From assembly GCA_040954595.2 (NCBI GenBank), contig CM082579.2:4267227-4331226 (forward strand): 64,000 nucleotides of DNA, read 5' to 3'. Within the stretch, counting starts at the first letter, position 1; each line of letters starts with the position of its first letter. Positions 41,449 to 53,880 of this stretch are shown here, piece after piece. Below the pieces are notes generated by a model. That model was not told where the DNA came from, ran no database searches, and worked only from the letters and a program-made list of their open reading frames with translations. A program made the position numbers and the translations under genes. Origin of the DNA: Balanoglossus misakiensis (Eukaryota; Animalia; Hemichordata).

Positions 41449-42405
41449 GGACATTTGAGAATGAAAGTGAAATAGACGCAATTCCTCCGACTTTATTGGC
41501 ATTTTATTCCATTTATTCCATTATAATACAATAGCAGGTATTCAACAAATATAGCCAATATACAATATTTTAATATTATTTTGAAAAAAAAATTAAATAT
41601 GGTTACAAGATAAACTACTGATTAACCTTGCCGTCACTGTTTACAGCTTTGTGAAAGATACAATAATGTTATAGTCTCTTAAATAAATATCTAACAGGTC
41701 GCCCTAAAATCAAGTCAGGCGGAAACAGGAATCGCTATTGTAACTCAAAAAGATCCAGACTGATTGGCTGGTTCAGACTCGGCGGAAAATGGAAGAAGCT
41801 ATCCAGAATATGGCGCCTTCAATGGTATATAGCTGGCCAGCAAATTTCACTATTGTTTTTTTGCATCAAAAAGCAAGGGCCAGGAGGACATTGACGATTA
41901 AAGTCCGGTAGTGTGCAAATACATCCAGAAATCTTTCTAGTAGTCTGACGTCTGGTGAACTTACATATATGTGCACAAAAATGCAGCTTTCCACCGCAAA
42001 ACTAGCCCGTGAATCCTGTTCCAACGTTTACGGAAGGAGTTACGTCGTGCAAACTGTACACGTTAAACAACGACCAGCCTTTTACACTACAGAGAAGAAT
42101 GCGATGAATGGACGGACAGCTTTATGTAAATGAATCAACAAGCTCCGATCGCTATTGGTCAACAGCTGCTTCGGCGTAATGGCGTACCGCCAACTGGAGA
42201 AGAGAGCACGGCCGCCATTTTGTTTGAAAGTCATCCACTTCCTTGGCAAGTTAAAGCATCGATGTGACTTATTTCAAAATGCGAAGTCCGGGACTACATC
42301 ACGGTAGCCGCGCTGTGAGAAATAAAATCCCGCATCTGCTATTCAATCCACAAGCAATTCTATCGACCCACTCACTCGTCGAAAATCCCAGCTTTTCGCG
42401 TCTGC

Positions 42406-45400
42406 CTACAAGTACATGCTCTGCTCGTTCGGATGGAAACTGGGGAAGGTGCTGAGCATCATGCTTTTGTACGCCTGCCAGTTCGTTTGGTCCTGAAGCC
42501 GTTGCTGCAAACTCGATTCCGACGGATACGGTCTGAGCTGCAAACGTAAAATTGAAAGGAGAGACGATTGTCAGACCGAGTTAACATTCAACATGCAAGA
42601 GTTACTGTGACTTGCGATGGGTACCAATCCCTTCATGCCACCGAAAGTCTTGAAACACGACAGAACCAAAATATATGACTGAAAAAGTTACGTGTCCGTG
42701 GGGTGTACACATTATATACAAAATTGCATAAATGATGCGTACCATAAGTCGAAGCTTTTTCCGGTGCTTCTGTGTGAGATGATGAAGGAAGAATTTCTTG
42801 TTGATGAGAATGCACTCGGCGCCATCCGATACCAGGGTTGTGCTCATTGAACCGCCCTCTATCTCCCCCAGAATGAGAGGAGTAAGGCCCTGTGAACGAG
42901 ACAGCGGAGACGTTTGCAATCATACATTTCACACATCAGGTTTGTTGACATGTTTTTGATATAAAACGATAAGAAGATACAATAGTATATTTCTCCATGT
43001 TATATGACATCGCTTAGGTTCACTTACAAACGTGTCCTTCTCCACCAGTTTTTGTAATTGCACGTATATGGTCTTGGGCGGACGTCTCGCTCGTGGGAAA
43101 TCGAACTCGCTCTTAGCATAACAATCGCTCTGTTAGAAAGACAAAAAAGACAAACATAAGTGAAAATGTCACGTGGTCGTACTCTGCTTCACCTTTACAA
43201 CAACGCTGTGATCTTTATGACGTCACTTTGGTCAAACATTGACTTTTTCCAGTCGGGGTTGAAAATAATAACCGATGTTGAAACGTGCATACAAGTGATT
43301 GATTTGCAGATTGGGTTGAATTTGAATAAATCATTTCGGGAAATACTTACCGCTGTTGCCCTTGTTTCAGGCCTCTGTTCTTCCAGTTTCCTTTGAAATT
43401 CAACTCGTTCTCTGTCGACTGGGTGAAGAAAGCAGTAAGGAACTCAAACCGATGCTCATTGTTAGGAATGGATGTAAGATGGTTAATACACACGCGGCAT
43501 TTAAAAACGCTATCTTCCACAAGAGAAGCCCGTTTCCAAAGTTGGGATTGTTGGAACCGATAAGCGTGCCAATGAAACGCACATATCGACGTACATAAAG
43601 TTCCAATGTGATTACAACCAAATTCAACCAATGAGCCACATTGCGATGGACGCGATACTGCTGTACTGAGCAGCTAAGTTTAAAGTCGTTGATACGTGTA
43701 TAGCCATGTATTGACCTTAGCTAAGTATGGCCCGTACTTTGATACATGTAGTTTGGTCAGCTTGTGAACTCACCTTGGGTTGGGCTTTTGATTCGAATCG
43801 ACGGTAGCGATTTTTTCCTCTGGGGTTCTGGGCTGGGTCTGAAACTCGGGCTCGGCTGAGTACTTGGGCGACTTTTGCTACCCTTTGGGAAAGGCGTGTG
43901 TCTGGAGGCAGTTGATCGACTTCTGGGACCTGCAAATTAACACTGCCATTAATGATACATGTTGAAAAACGGCCAATCTGCCACACCATATGAAAACGTG
44001 ATCACAGGGAAATCTGTGCGCCAGAATTGCATCTGCTCTATTTATTTTTTTCTTGTGCGTGACAGCACCGATTGCAAAAAAGGTTGACAATTTCAAATTA
44101 AAGACTGACATGTATGTTTAATTAATCAACTCAGGTGACGTCTTCGAACTTTGAAGGGAAACCTAATTGATGGTCGTCATACTTACTAATAAGCGCCATC
44201 TGCGCATCCGGTACCAATGAGCGAAGAGCCCGGATGTCGGGTCGAACTTCCTGTAGCTTCTTGAGTACTCGACACGTTCCCTGTAAAATGAAGTTAAATA
44301 TATTACATGAAAATAGTGCAATAATTGATATTATTTTTTTCACTTTGTGTTTTTGTCTTGTTTCCAAAAATGACACCAATGTTAAATCCATAATACTGAC
44401 GTGAGCGGAAAACCGTGCGATATGTTTGTATCAAACTACATGTATTATTAATTCACTGATCTAAATTGAATCGGAATTTGATTGCTCACCGATTTCACTA
44501 TATAGATCCAGTCAGCCGTATTACTGTCTTTACATATGACAACACCGCGCCGGAAGTACATGTACAGGCAGATTTTGGGATCGTCTTGGGGAAGTCGGGA
44601 AATTGGCCAGCCGGAAAACTCTTCCATCGCTCGCAAGTACTGTATGAATTCGGGCTCCGTTCCGTCTCCCCGATGCATGAAAATATCGACGAAATCCTGT
44701 AAAGAAAGGTTTATTTTATGGGTTTTTAGTTTATTATGATTGCTTTTTAATGTGTTGTTCTCAAAATTGTTTTGGCTACTGTTAGTTTTGCTCTTCTTAA
44801 AAAGCAGAGAATGTTTTAAAATTAAAGTGACACTACTTTCGCAAGCAATAAAAGTTAGACTCACTTCTCTACCAACGGCTAAAAGTTCGACGCCATCTTG
44901 ACAGCTGACAGTGGCTGTTCGCCTTGAGTGGTGCATGATTGCAAGTTCCTGCAAAAAAAGTCGAAATGCCAATGACCGTTCGTCTCCATGCTTGTTGGAT
45001 CTTTACAATGCGTAACTTGCATAAGAAGACACAACGTCAGTTACGCAATGCTACAGGCACGACAATGTCGCTCGGACGGATAATTGGAATTTGGGACAAT
45101 TTCAAGTGTCACCTGCATTTTAAACAATCAAAATATTCTTCGGGATGGACAGCTGTGTGTTCACCCGTGACCCTGCAGTAAGGTATGTACTCAAATTCAA
45201 TTTAGATGCGCCGCCCTCGGGGCAACACTGAATGTCGCTTGATGACTCACCCCAAAGCTGTTCCCTTTCTTGAGAAAAGCGACGGTTTGCACTTTCGTTT
45301 CTCCAGTCCTGGCGTCCTGTGAGGACAGCGTCACCACTGCCGTTCCCGTGAGAATCATGTAGAAGTTCTCTGCGTGGTGACCCTGCCTGATGATTACCCG

Positions 45401-47462
45401 TGATGCCTCGTAACTACAAAGAGAAACCATGGAAACATTAATTATCGGTTGCGTGGTGTTCTCCCAGTCGCCAGAGGGGGCGTGACTCTATCACGCTGCT
45501 TTTAAATTGCATACACTTTCACTACCAAGATATGGTTGAAGAAAGCAAACAGCACACAGAAATGCGCACAATATTCTATTACATATATGGTTATGACCCG
45601 CACTCACCTTTCGTACCATCCAACACTAACCAACGACCGTTGCATTCTGATCGGAAATTCTGCGAACGCCTCCACGGCACTTTTCAGAGACAATAAGGCC
45701 TAAAAGACGAAGCGAACATAAGATTACGAGCCATACCAATAAGATCTTTTACACCTGTCCTAAAGATGCAGTAGGCCTAATCGACAACAGTGTGAATCCT
45801 TCGCCATCTGTCGACAGGGAAAAGTGGTTAATCATTCTTTTCGCGGCGTGTCAAAGAAGAAAAAAATAGCGCCCCCACACATGTGTTTGGAATAGGGAAG
45901 CAAGTGCACACTGGAGGCTGTGATGGCTGTGATGGAAAATGATGACTTCCACCCAGGAATAACTTACAATTTTCTTTTGTTCGTCCGTCCTTTCTTCCGG
46001 CGGCATGGAAAGAATCTGTTTTGCGTCTGGACTAAGTTGCATCTGCAAAGTCAAATAGAAACCATCACATATACGCGACTGTGTAAACCGACACGGTAAC
46101 TGTATGCGTTATGCGTCCTCTTTGGACATAATAGCGAGCATCAGGAAATCGCGAGGAAGTACAATAATGGGGGAGAGGGTTAGACCAGAAACGCTAACAA
46201 CCAGTAAAATAACAACACAAAAGGCGCTTAATGATTCCAATTCATTTCTACTCACATCTTTCTTTGCTCTGTAGTAAGACGGATCAAAATAAAGACCTGA
46301 TCCCCCTATTGAGCTCCCGACAGGGTCTTCCGAGGCGTAGAGTAGGAATTTTAATTCTGAGTTGCGTAATCGTGCCTCTCTAAAAGAAAAGAAGTAAAGA
46401 GAATGAAAAATTACGAATGTATTTCTTTAACTCGCCCTCTATGTATACACATGGGGCTCTAGATCTGTACACGCACGTTTACTGCTCGTCATTAAATTGG
46501 CCTGTGACCGTACAGACAGCGGTGGACCGTTATCTTATTGAATGCCAACAGCCATAAAGGTAATATACCAATTAAATAGATTGCTTATTCTGTACCAGTC
46601 AATGAAAGTAAGGCTCAACCGAATCCGATTAAATACAGGCTCGGCTCCACTACAGACAATCAACAAGCTTGCGGATAATTTACGGCTGTCAGAAATTTCC
46701 CATTTCAAGGATCACTTCTGTTGGTAAGTGTTTCAGGGCTTATACTACATTTCTCACAACCTTATATGAAATATTTTCCCCAGGTTTATCCACAGTGTTT
46801 ATCATTATAACCGTTTCGTTATTATCGTCCGGCTGACCTTGATTATATACCTAAATCACTGACACTTATGCAAATCCCAAGTCAATCTTAAATCACTTGT
46901 AAAAAGAAATATAGCGAGAAAATCTGTTGCGGTAAAGAACTATTTTGAGACATGAGGTCTGGAATGTTAAGACTAATTTCGAAGAAAATAAGACGCCGCT
47001 GATGCAAAACGGCATAAAAACATTTCTAGCCATCCACATCACCATCTTCAGTTTTGAGTGGTTTTTGACTTTTTGCATTCTTTCTGCGGTCGGATGTTGT
47101 AATGCAAATAATCAAGTACATTTCTCAGGTGTATTTCACATTTTTTTATACATGGTTTATTTTCACATCTTGGTTGACTGCACTGAAGAAGCCGAGATTT
47201 GAATGGGGATTATAACTCAATACCACAACGGTCACTTGGGAGGAATGTTATACAATTGACTATTATAGGTTAGCTCTGTCGATCATGTTGTTTGTTGGAT
47301 TCTACGCTTTTTTAGATTTCATACACAATGAATGAGGAATTGTTTGTTGTGTACAGGAATTTACTTTGAAGGCCATCGCTGCCACACTTACCTGTCGGAT
47401 GTTGTGAGTGCCCGAAGTAAAGTCTGGACAATTCTAACCGCTCGTCGAAAGCGTATGAGAGG
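42406..47462 (-). CDS. CNBD2: Cyclic nucleotide-binding domain protein (CNBD2-like), shared 3' exons
   Basis: Approximate exons 47392-47462, 46256-46379, 45968-46042, 45608-45699, 45251-45413, 44866-44948, 44490-44696, 44186-44280, 43774-43929, 43351-43408, 43028-43129, 42743-42889, 42406-42538. Motifs FRRAVRIV, LYFDPSYYRAK, ILSMPPEERT, VIIRQGHHAENFYMILTG, GNSFGELAIMHHSRRTATV, WIYIVKSGTCRVLK, LVSDGAECILINK and RPYPSE...QTNWQAYK. Confidence 0.88.
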
Positions 47463-49066
47463 CTGAAAAATAGCAAAGGAAATTTGCAACCAAATTAGCA
47501 CAAGGATGATAAGACGTTAAAAAAAATTTGACCGGAATTGGGCATTGGTTGCAATCCTCATAGAAACTGACTTGGAGTGATTCAAACCTCTATATTTGTT
47601 CATGTAAAAATCGCACAAACATGGAACGATCGCATTATGGTGAGCACACTTCCTTCATCAGGCTATGAAAGGGGAAAGTAATGGACCAGATCTGAATATA
47701 GTCCCAATGAAGTATCTGCATTGTGGTAATTAAACCGCTGCATTTTGAAAAAAAATGTCCGTTATCAACAAAGCACGCGCTTAGCCGGTCTTAGTAACAA
47801 CTAGCAACTCCCTCATCACCGACGCTGATACAAAGCGATGTTTTATTGCGTTTCCAAGCAGCAGGCATGTACGCTGTCAAAAGGAGCCACGTTATATAGT
47901 GCTCCATATGACACTGGACCTGTTCAACCTGAAATGATTTCAAAGCGATCAAATTCACGTCCCTATATTCGACCTGCCTGGTATGTAAAGAAACGGCAAA
48001 ACAAGCTTACAAATAACTATCCCCAATCTTTTAACCATTATTACTTGCTGCACAAACTACAAGTATTCTTCCAAGTGCCTCTTGTTTTGTTGTTTTTCGC
48101 GTTTGACCCGATTGGCTCTCCGCACGGCTGTAAACCAATAGTTGGCTTGTTTTCGTCTGTCGGGAGCAAATTGCGACAAGCTTTGTAAGAAAGGCGGTTT
48201 CAATAACCATAAACACAACCGAACACAATACACTCGTCCGCTGCGCAGAATGGGAATAAAGCTTTTTATTCCACATAACGTTACAAAGGGATATATGAGT
48301 ATGGCCGCTTGACATTGACTTGTATGGACACGGTGTGCCCTGTGATGTATTCCGCGGCGTTGCAAGTACAGGCTCACCTGTGAATTCTCTTCCACTCGAC
48401 ACAACAGGCGTTATTTGCAGATGACATAGATTAATATTCAAGCGACGTAATAAGTGCACAAACCCAATGGGTGATGATGTCTTAAGTTTTCGCCATACAA
48501 TAAGAGCAACCCAATTATGGCACAACGAATGCGACAGGCTATTGTAAGAACGTCTGCCATCGTTGCGTTTTATCGCCGACATTGGGCGAAAACCGTTTTT
48601 AGTGGATATTCAATAAGGGCGGACAAAGGATTGTGGCGACGGCACAGCCTCGTCAAATACAATTCGGGGCGAAAGCATTTCATTGGAGATAACCTGTGGG
48701 TTTGTCACCGGGTAAAGAGTGTGTTCAGATTGAAAGGAAATCTGACTTCGAGTGAACGCATTATATGTGAATAAATCTTACTCTCTCGTCTGCAAATTTC
48801 AAGTCAATGATTAATTTCAATAGCTATTGAGTGACGAATGTCGTCTCAAAACACGAATTTGCCGCTGTTGCCTCACCCCAGCGTTAGGAAGGATTTTTCA
48901 CTGACATAGTTTCTGTGTATCGGATAACGCGCACGGGAAGTGGAGGGTAATACACTCCAGAGGGTTATTGCTAGTCTTCCGTGTCACACTGAAAACAGTT
49001 GCTACTTTTAGCTGGGGGTTGACTCAGAATTAAAAAAAAACAGGATCTTGTTACTTATCCTATTAC

Positions 49067-49381
49067 CGGTAAGGCTGAAAGCTTGCCAGGTTCGAATCGC
49101 ACGCCGCGAGTCGCCTGTCTGCGGGTTTTCCGATTCGGGGTCCTGAACTTGGGCGGAGACAGGTTCCTGAACGTGGGACTGCTGGTGACGAAGTGGTTGG
49201 TCTGGACCTTGGGGAGTTTCAGCGGGTTGTCATCCCTCCGCGGCGGGGATTTCGCCCGTCGCGATACGGACGTGGATTTTGATTTCCCGGACTGGAGGAT
49301 TTGTGCGTTGTCTGATATTGCCGGGAAGGAGACGTGTTTCTGTGTCGTTGTTTTGGGATTCCTCAAAGCTGTTTTCCTCAT
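49067..49381 (-). CDS. Candidate first coding exon C of the CNBD2-like gene
   Basis: gccATG at 49381 starts 105 codons of basic Ser/Pro-rich sequence ending ...LSALP|gtaata (phase 0), compatible with the phase-0 acceptor at 47462. Confidence 0.6.
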
Positions 49382-50613
49382 GGCTGTCTGTATAGGTGCT
49401 GGTATTCCGCCCTTTTCTTTAAAGTTGTCAAAATCCTTCTCCTGATAACGAGTTTCGGGGAAAGGGTGTCTAAGGTTCCACGTTCCCCTGGAGCTTGTAC
49501 TAATCAGAGGTGAAAATGTGCCGAAGATTTCCTCTTTTTTCGGTGCTGTGAAGGTCAGCCGCCAAAATTTCGCACATCTAAATCTGACCAGATGGTAACC
49601 GCGCGTCCGCAGAAAGCCTAACAAGTGAACTCGCCGCCGATGGCACCCGTCTTGTCGTCACCATCCTCCGCTCAAAGAGGTCCACTCGACGTCTTGTTGA
49701 CTATATGGAGGCCCTCGTCTCCACTCCCTGCTGAGAAACGGCGAATAGGAGAGTGCGATGTACGGTTAATCCCCCCGGAAAGCTCCACGCCGCCGGCTGA
49801 AAAGCACCTCGAGCGATTGTTTTGGTTCGGACAGTGATACCCGCGACCATCATTGGCTGCAGCCTGGTTACATTCTTGTGACGTCACCCCGCGGGTCCAA
49901 AGGAATTTACGCGACACGAAGCATAACGCTGCCGCGAACAGGTGTCAAGTTAAATCAAACTCCTTTTTCTGGACATTCAAGTAAATGATTCGCGCTTATT
50001 CACTTGTGCCTTGAAGTGTGAATAGTTTAATATGTAAATAGGGCAAGCGTCAAATATCCTCTATTTCAAAAACAATACATGCACTTCGCTTCGCTTCGAT
50101 CGCTGCCTCTTCCAAGCTTAATAGCATGATAGTATAGCACCGATTTCACAATTCACGCAACTAAGACCATGGTTCATTCAAATTGAAGGGAGACCAAAGG
50201 GCATGATCGGTGTTAGAACTATGAAAATACAATTTGGTCTTTTTATTTCAATCTTAAATTACCAGACCCGGTGAACCCGAGGGTCAATACAAGTATGTGT
50301 ATTGATTTTCAATGACATTGGGAAGCAACGAGTCGCGGCAACATTACTTTTATTTTCTAAAAAACTAACAGCAAGGTTGACTTGAATGAACTCTCTCGGC
50401 GTCTTGGCTTTGAGAACGGGGGGAAATCGATTTCTTGGGACGAAGTTCGAGTCTGGCTACGTCGTCAGCGCCCGACTTTGTTAGCTTTACAACCAGACAG
50501 AATAAGATGTATCATCTCTCGGTGGCGATTTATGTGTCTCCGTTCGACTGTGGACGTGCAGTAACTTCCCAGTTTACACGTTTCAGAGACAGGGTGGTCA
50601 GATTTGTGAGCCT

Positions 50614-50627
50614 GTTACCGTAGCAAC
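50614..50627. promoter_or_regulatory. RFX X-box
   Basis: GTTACCGTAGCAAC fits the X-box consensus GTNRCC(n)RGYAAC; lies upstream of exon C. Confidence 0.55.
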
Positions 50628-52956
50628 GCGCGCAAGCCTCAGAGCCAAACAGGAATCAGAATATTGGTCCTTTTTGCGTATCACTGCACCTTTTTATTTG
50701 CACGCATATATTTTACGACATATAATCCAAACCATTTACGCAAAACAGACTACTGAAGTTGCAGAGCGTACAACACTCAGTTTGGTATGTAATATATTCC
50801 TACATACTTATCCGTGAGCAAACTACTCCACACTGCAGTCAATGCTTTTCTGAGTGGTTGCGCGGAGTGCGCCCTCAAGGGCAGGTTATTTCACCAACAC
50901 TTGTCTATACTCACGACACACAGATTACAGTTTCAGATGATTTCAAAGTTAATTCAGAAACGCTTCGCAAATGTCTACATGTACGCGTAACGTGTCTACC
51001 AACGCTGACGCGACAGTTTGCAAAAGCGATATATACTGGTTGCTACCATACAGAGTACATCACTCTGTTATTTTACATAATATTTATTTCAACCCAGGCT
51101 ATTAAATGTCTGGCCGGCATAACATCGTATCTGCGGATTGCGAGATGCTCTTTCTGGTCGTCTCTCGCTTATACCATAGCAACCCCGCTGTTTGGGCCAT
51201 CGGCGAACCCTGGCTCTGCCGGGCAACCGAGTGCGGTGACCCTGTCATCGAGTGCCACTGGCAAACACCCCGGAGCAAACATCTGGTAACTGTATCAAAC
51301 AGGTAAATGGGTTTTGCTGTGTTTACATTACTTCCTACCGCTATTGGGTGTAATGATGCTATTCTGCTAGTTTTTTAAAAGTACAATCGGGGTACGGGCA
51401 AGTCGTCTCGAAGTGCCCCTCCCCCGTTAACATGGTTAACCCCGAAATGAAAGAGTGGTTGCATCTGATATTGAGTAATCGCTGCAAATTGACACGTTAG
51501 ACCACAGACAAAGAGAGATGGAATCCTGGGCCAGGTGTACGTGAAATAGTGCGACTGATGCCTGTATTCGTGGTGGCACTGGGCTATGGCGGAACGTTTC
51601 AGTGCTAAGTGGCTCAGAAATACATGATTAGGCCTATCCTGTAAAAGTCATTAACATGTAGTTGAGGGGTAGACCATTTCATATGGAAGGGGGTTTAGAC
51701 CCCCCCCCCCCACCCAAAGTAAAATCGAACGCTGGTGTAAAAACACTGAGCGGCGGCAACACGTTTTAACGGCACCTCTGGGCAACCGATAAAATTGCTT
51801 TCACGCCATTAATCGGACAAAATACGGAGACGGGTCCATAAATTACAGGAGAGTAACAGACGGACAGGTTCCCAAGAATCAAAAGACGCCGGACTTTTAA
51901 AGAGGCGTTCAGTGAGCCCATGCGCTCCTTGGGGAGACAACGCTGAAAATAGGCTGTATGGTCGGACATCTTAGATTGAAAGCCGCTGAATGCTGGCTGT
52001 GTGAAGACCTGAAGACGTCAGTATAACAACGACCACGAAACTGGGAGTAATTACCAGTGTAATTGGGTTAGGCAAAGCCGAAGCTGCAAAACGGGCGCGG
52101 GCAAAATACAAAGTTACTTTGGAATTTACACCAGTAAACTCTGTGATTCCACCACAGCTGCACTGCGCACACTGCACTGCTTGAATTTCGTACAGACAAA
52201 ATACAAGATAACTCGAACATCGTGTGTCGTAGGTTAAAGCCAAAAAGTCAGGTCAGGTCAGGTTAATCCCGCCAGATACACGATGCCATTCTTCATAAAC
52301 AGTGTTGGAACACAATCTCTTTATACTGCTCAGTGCTTCGCTCATTGGAACTATCCATGTGATGCTGTGTGCAGACGCCATCCTCCGATGACATTAAATT
52401 CCTCTAGGCTCTGCTAACAGATCGCAAATTATTTGGTGGAATGTGAATTTTGAGGATCTGGGAACTCTATATAAAGGAAATAAATACGCGGTGACCTCTC
52501 ACGAAAGTTGGAAAGGGGAGCCACCATGTTTCGTCGGGGAATGCGGTTGTGGTCTGCGTTCGCGTTCTAGTTCGAAGGGGCGGCCGAGTGGATCGAGAGT
52601 ATACGTACGCATTATTTGAACCTACTCAGCATAGAATGTAGAATGACCTAGCATGAATGAAATCTAGGAAACGTTATCGAATACTTCTCAAGTTACGCGT
52701 ACATATACACAGACCGGGAACTTCCTTGCCCTCCGCCGACTGAGTACTAAAACGTGACGTCACCCAGTAAACAAAACTGTCCGTTTAGCCGTGGCAAACG
52801 GTTGGTTAACCAGGCAAAATGCAGGAATTATACCCACATCAAGCACTCAAGGATGCTTGGGCACTTGAAGTGTACTTGTAGCGAGAGGTGTACATGTAAA
52901 TGTAAACACGACCTCCCGCCGAAAACACAGAAATTATATTTCGGACAGATTCCTAC

Positions 52957-53880
52957 CCTTGCCGTTTTCCATCTGCCAGGAAGAAGTATGTCTTCTTCGG
53001 TTCGACTGCGACCACGACGGAGCATCGTGCGTTGTCGGGTGTGATCGTGCTTGCGGGCGTGTGCGTGCCCGGCGATTCCGCGGAAGGACGGAAGATTCGG
53101 TGACGGGAACGAGTACGCCTTTCTGAGCTTCCGTTCGTGCGGCGGCGGTTTCCTCACCGTCCGGCCGCCGTGGTTGTCGGTGCCGCGCGGGAGTTTACTG
53201 TCAACCGGGTGCGGTGAACTCTCCGGCAGTTTGGCGAATTTGACACCGATCGGCCTGATGGTCTCAGATTGGTGGTATGGTAATTTCGATGAGTCTGCCG
53301 TCTTCCCGGCTTCTTCAATGACTGTTGGCAGCTCAATTTCCACGCCTTTCGTTGTGCTTGAATCAGCTGGCGGTGATAGATTTTCCTCCGCTATATAGTC
53401 ATGTTGCTGTTTCGATTTACAATCTGGACTCGGGGACGAAGCTCCGTTGAAATTAAACGATTCTTCAGAACCGCTCACATATCCACTAGAGCTAGACTTG
53501 CTGTCGTTTTTCAGCTTTACGATACGTCGTCTTCTGAAAATATCCGGGGAGATGTTCTGTCTGTTGGCATCCTCATAAGTGTAGGGCGAAAGACTTGTCT
53601 GCCTCGACAGAGGGTCGTCGACACCAGACGACATCTGAAAGCAGTCCGCGGCCGAACGTTTCTCTCTTCTCCGCGGTTTTGGTCCTTTCCTGTGATCGCT
53701 TTGGACCATTATCCTCGGCATAAATTTCGCTCCAGCATTGTGCCGGACGCTGTCAAACAGAATGTCCAGCCTCTGACGTCTCCGCGACGAGGTAAAATCA
53801 CCGCCTTCGTCGACGGGCGGACCGGTCGCTTCCCCCGCTTCCAGACCATCCAGCCCCGTCAAAATCACTGTGTTCGCCAT
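52957..53880 (-). CDS. Candidate first coding exon B of the CNBD2-like gene
   Basis: ATG at 53880 (MANTVILTG) starts 308 codons of disordered Ser/Arg/Pro-rich sequence ending ...GRWKTAR|gtagga (phase 0). An in-frame stop lies upstream at ~54010. Confidence 0.6.

Noticed and set aside
47040-47110. Possible extra CNBD2-like exon (shares ACAACATCCGAC with the 47392 exon)
   Set aside because: Phase-compatible frame hits a stop with no good donor; exon 47392-47462 joins 46379 cleanly without it.
51098-51302. Possible plus-strand exon (ccag|...CAG|gtaaat) nested in the CNBD2-like 5' region
   Set aside because: No recognisable protein and no partner exons found; cannot be supported without RNA data.
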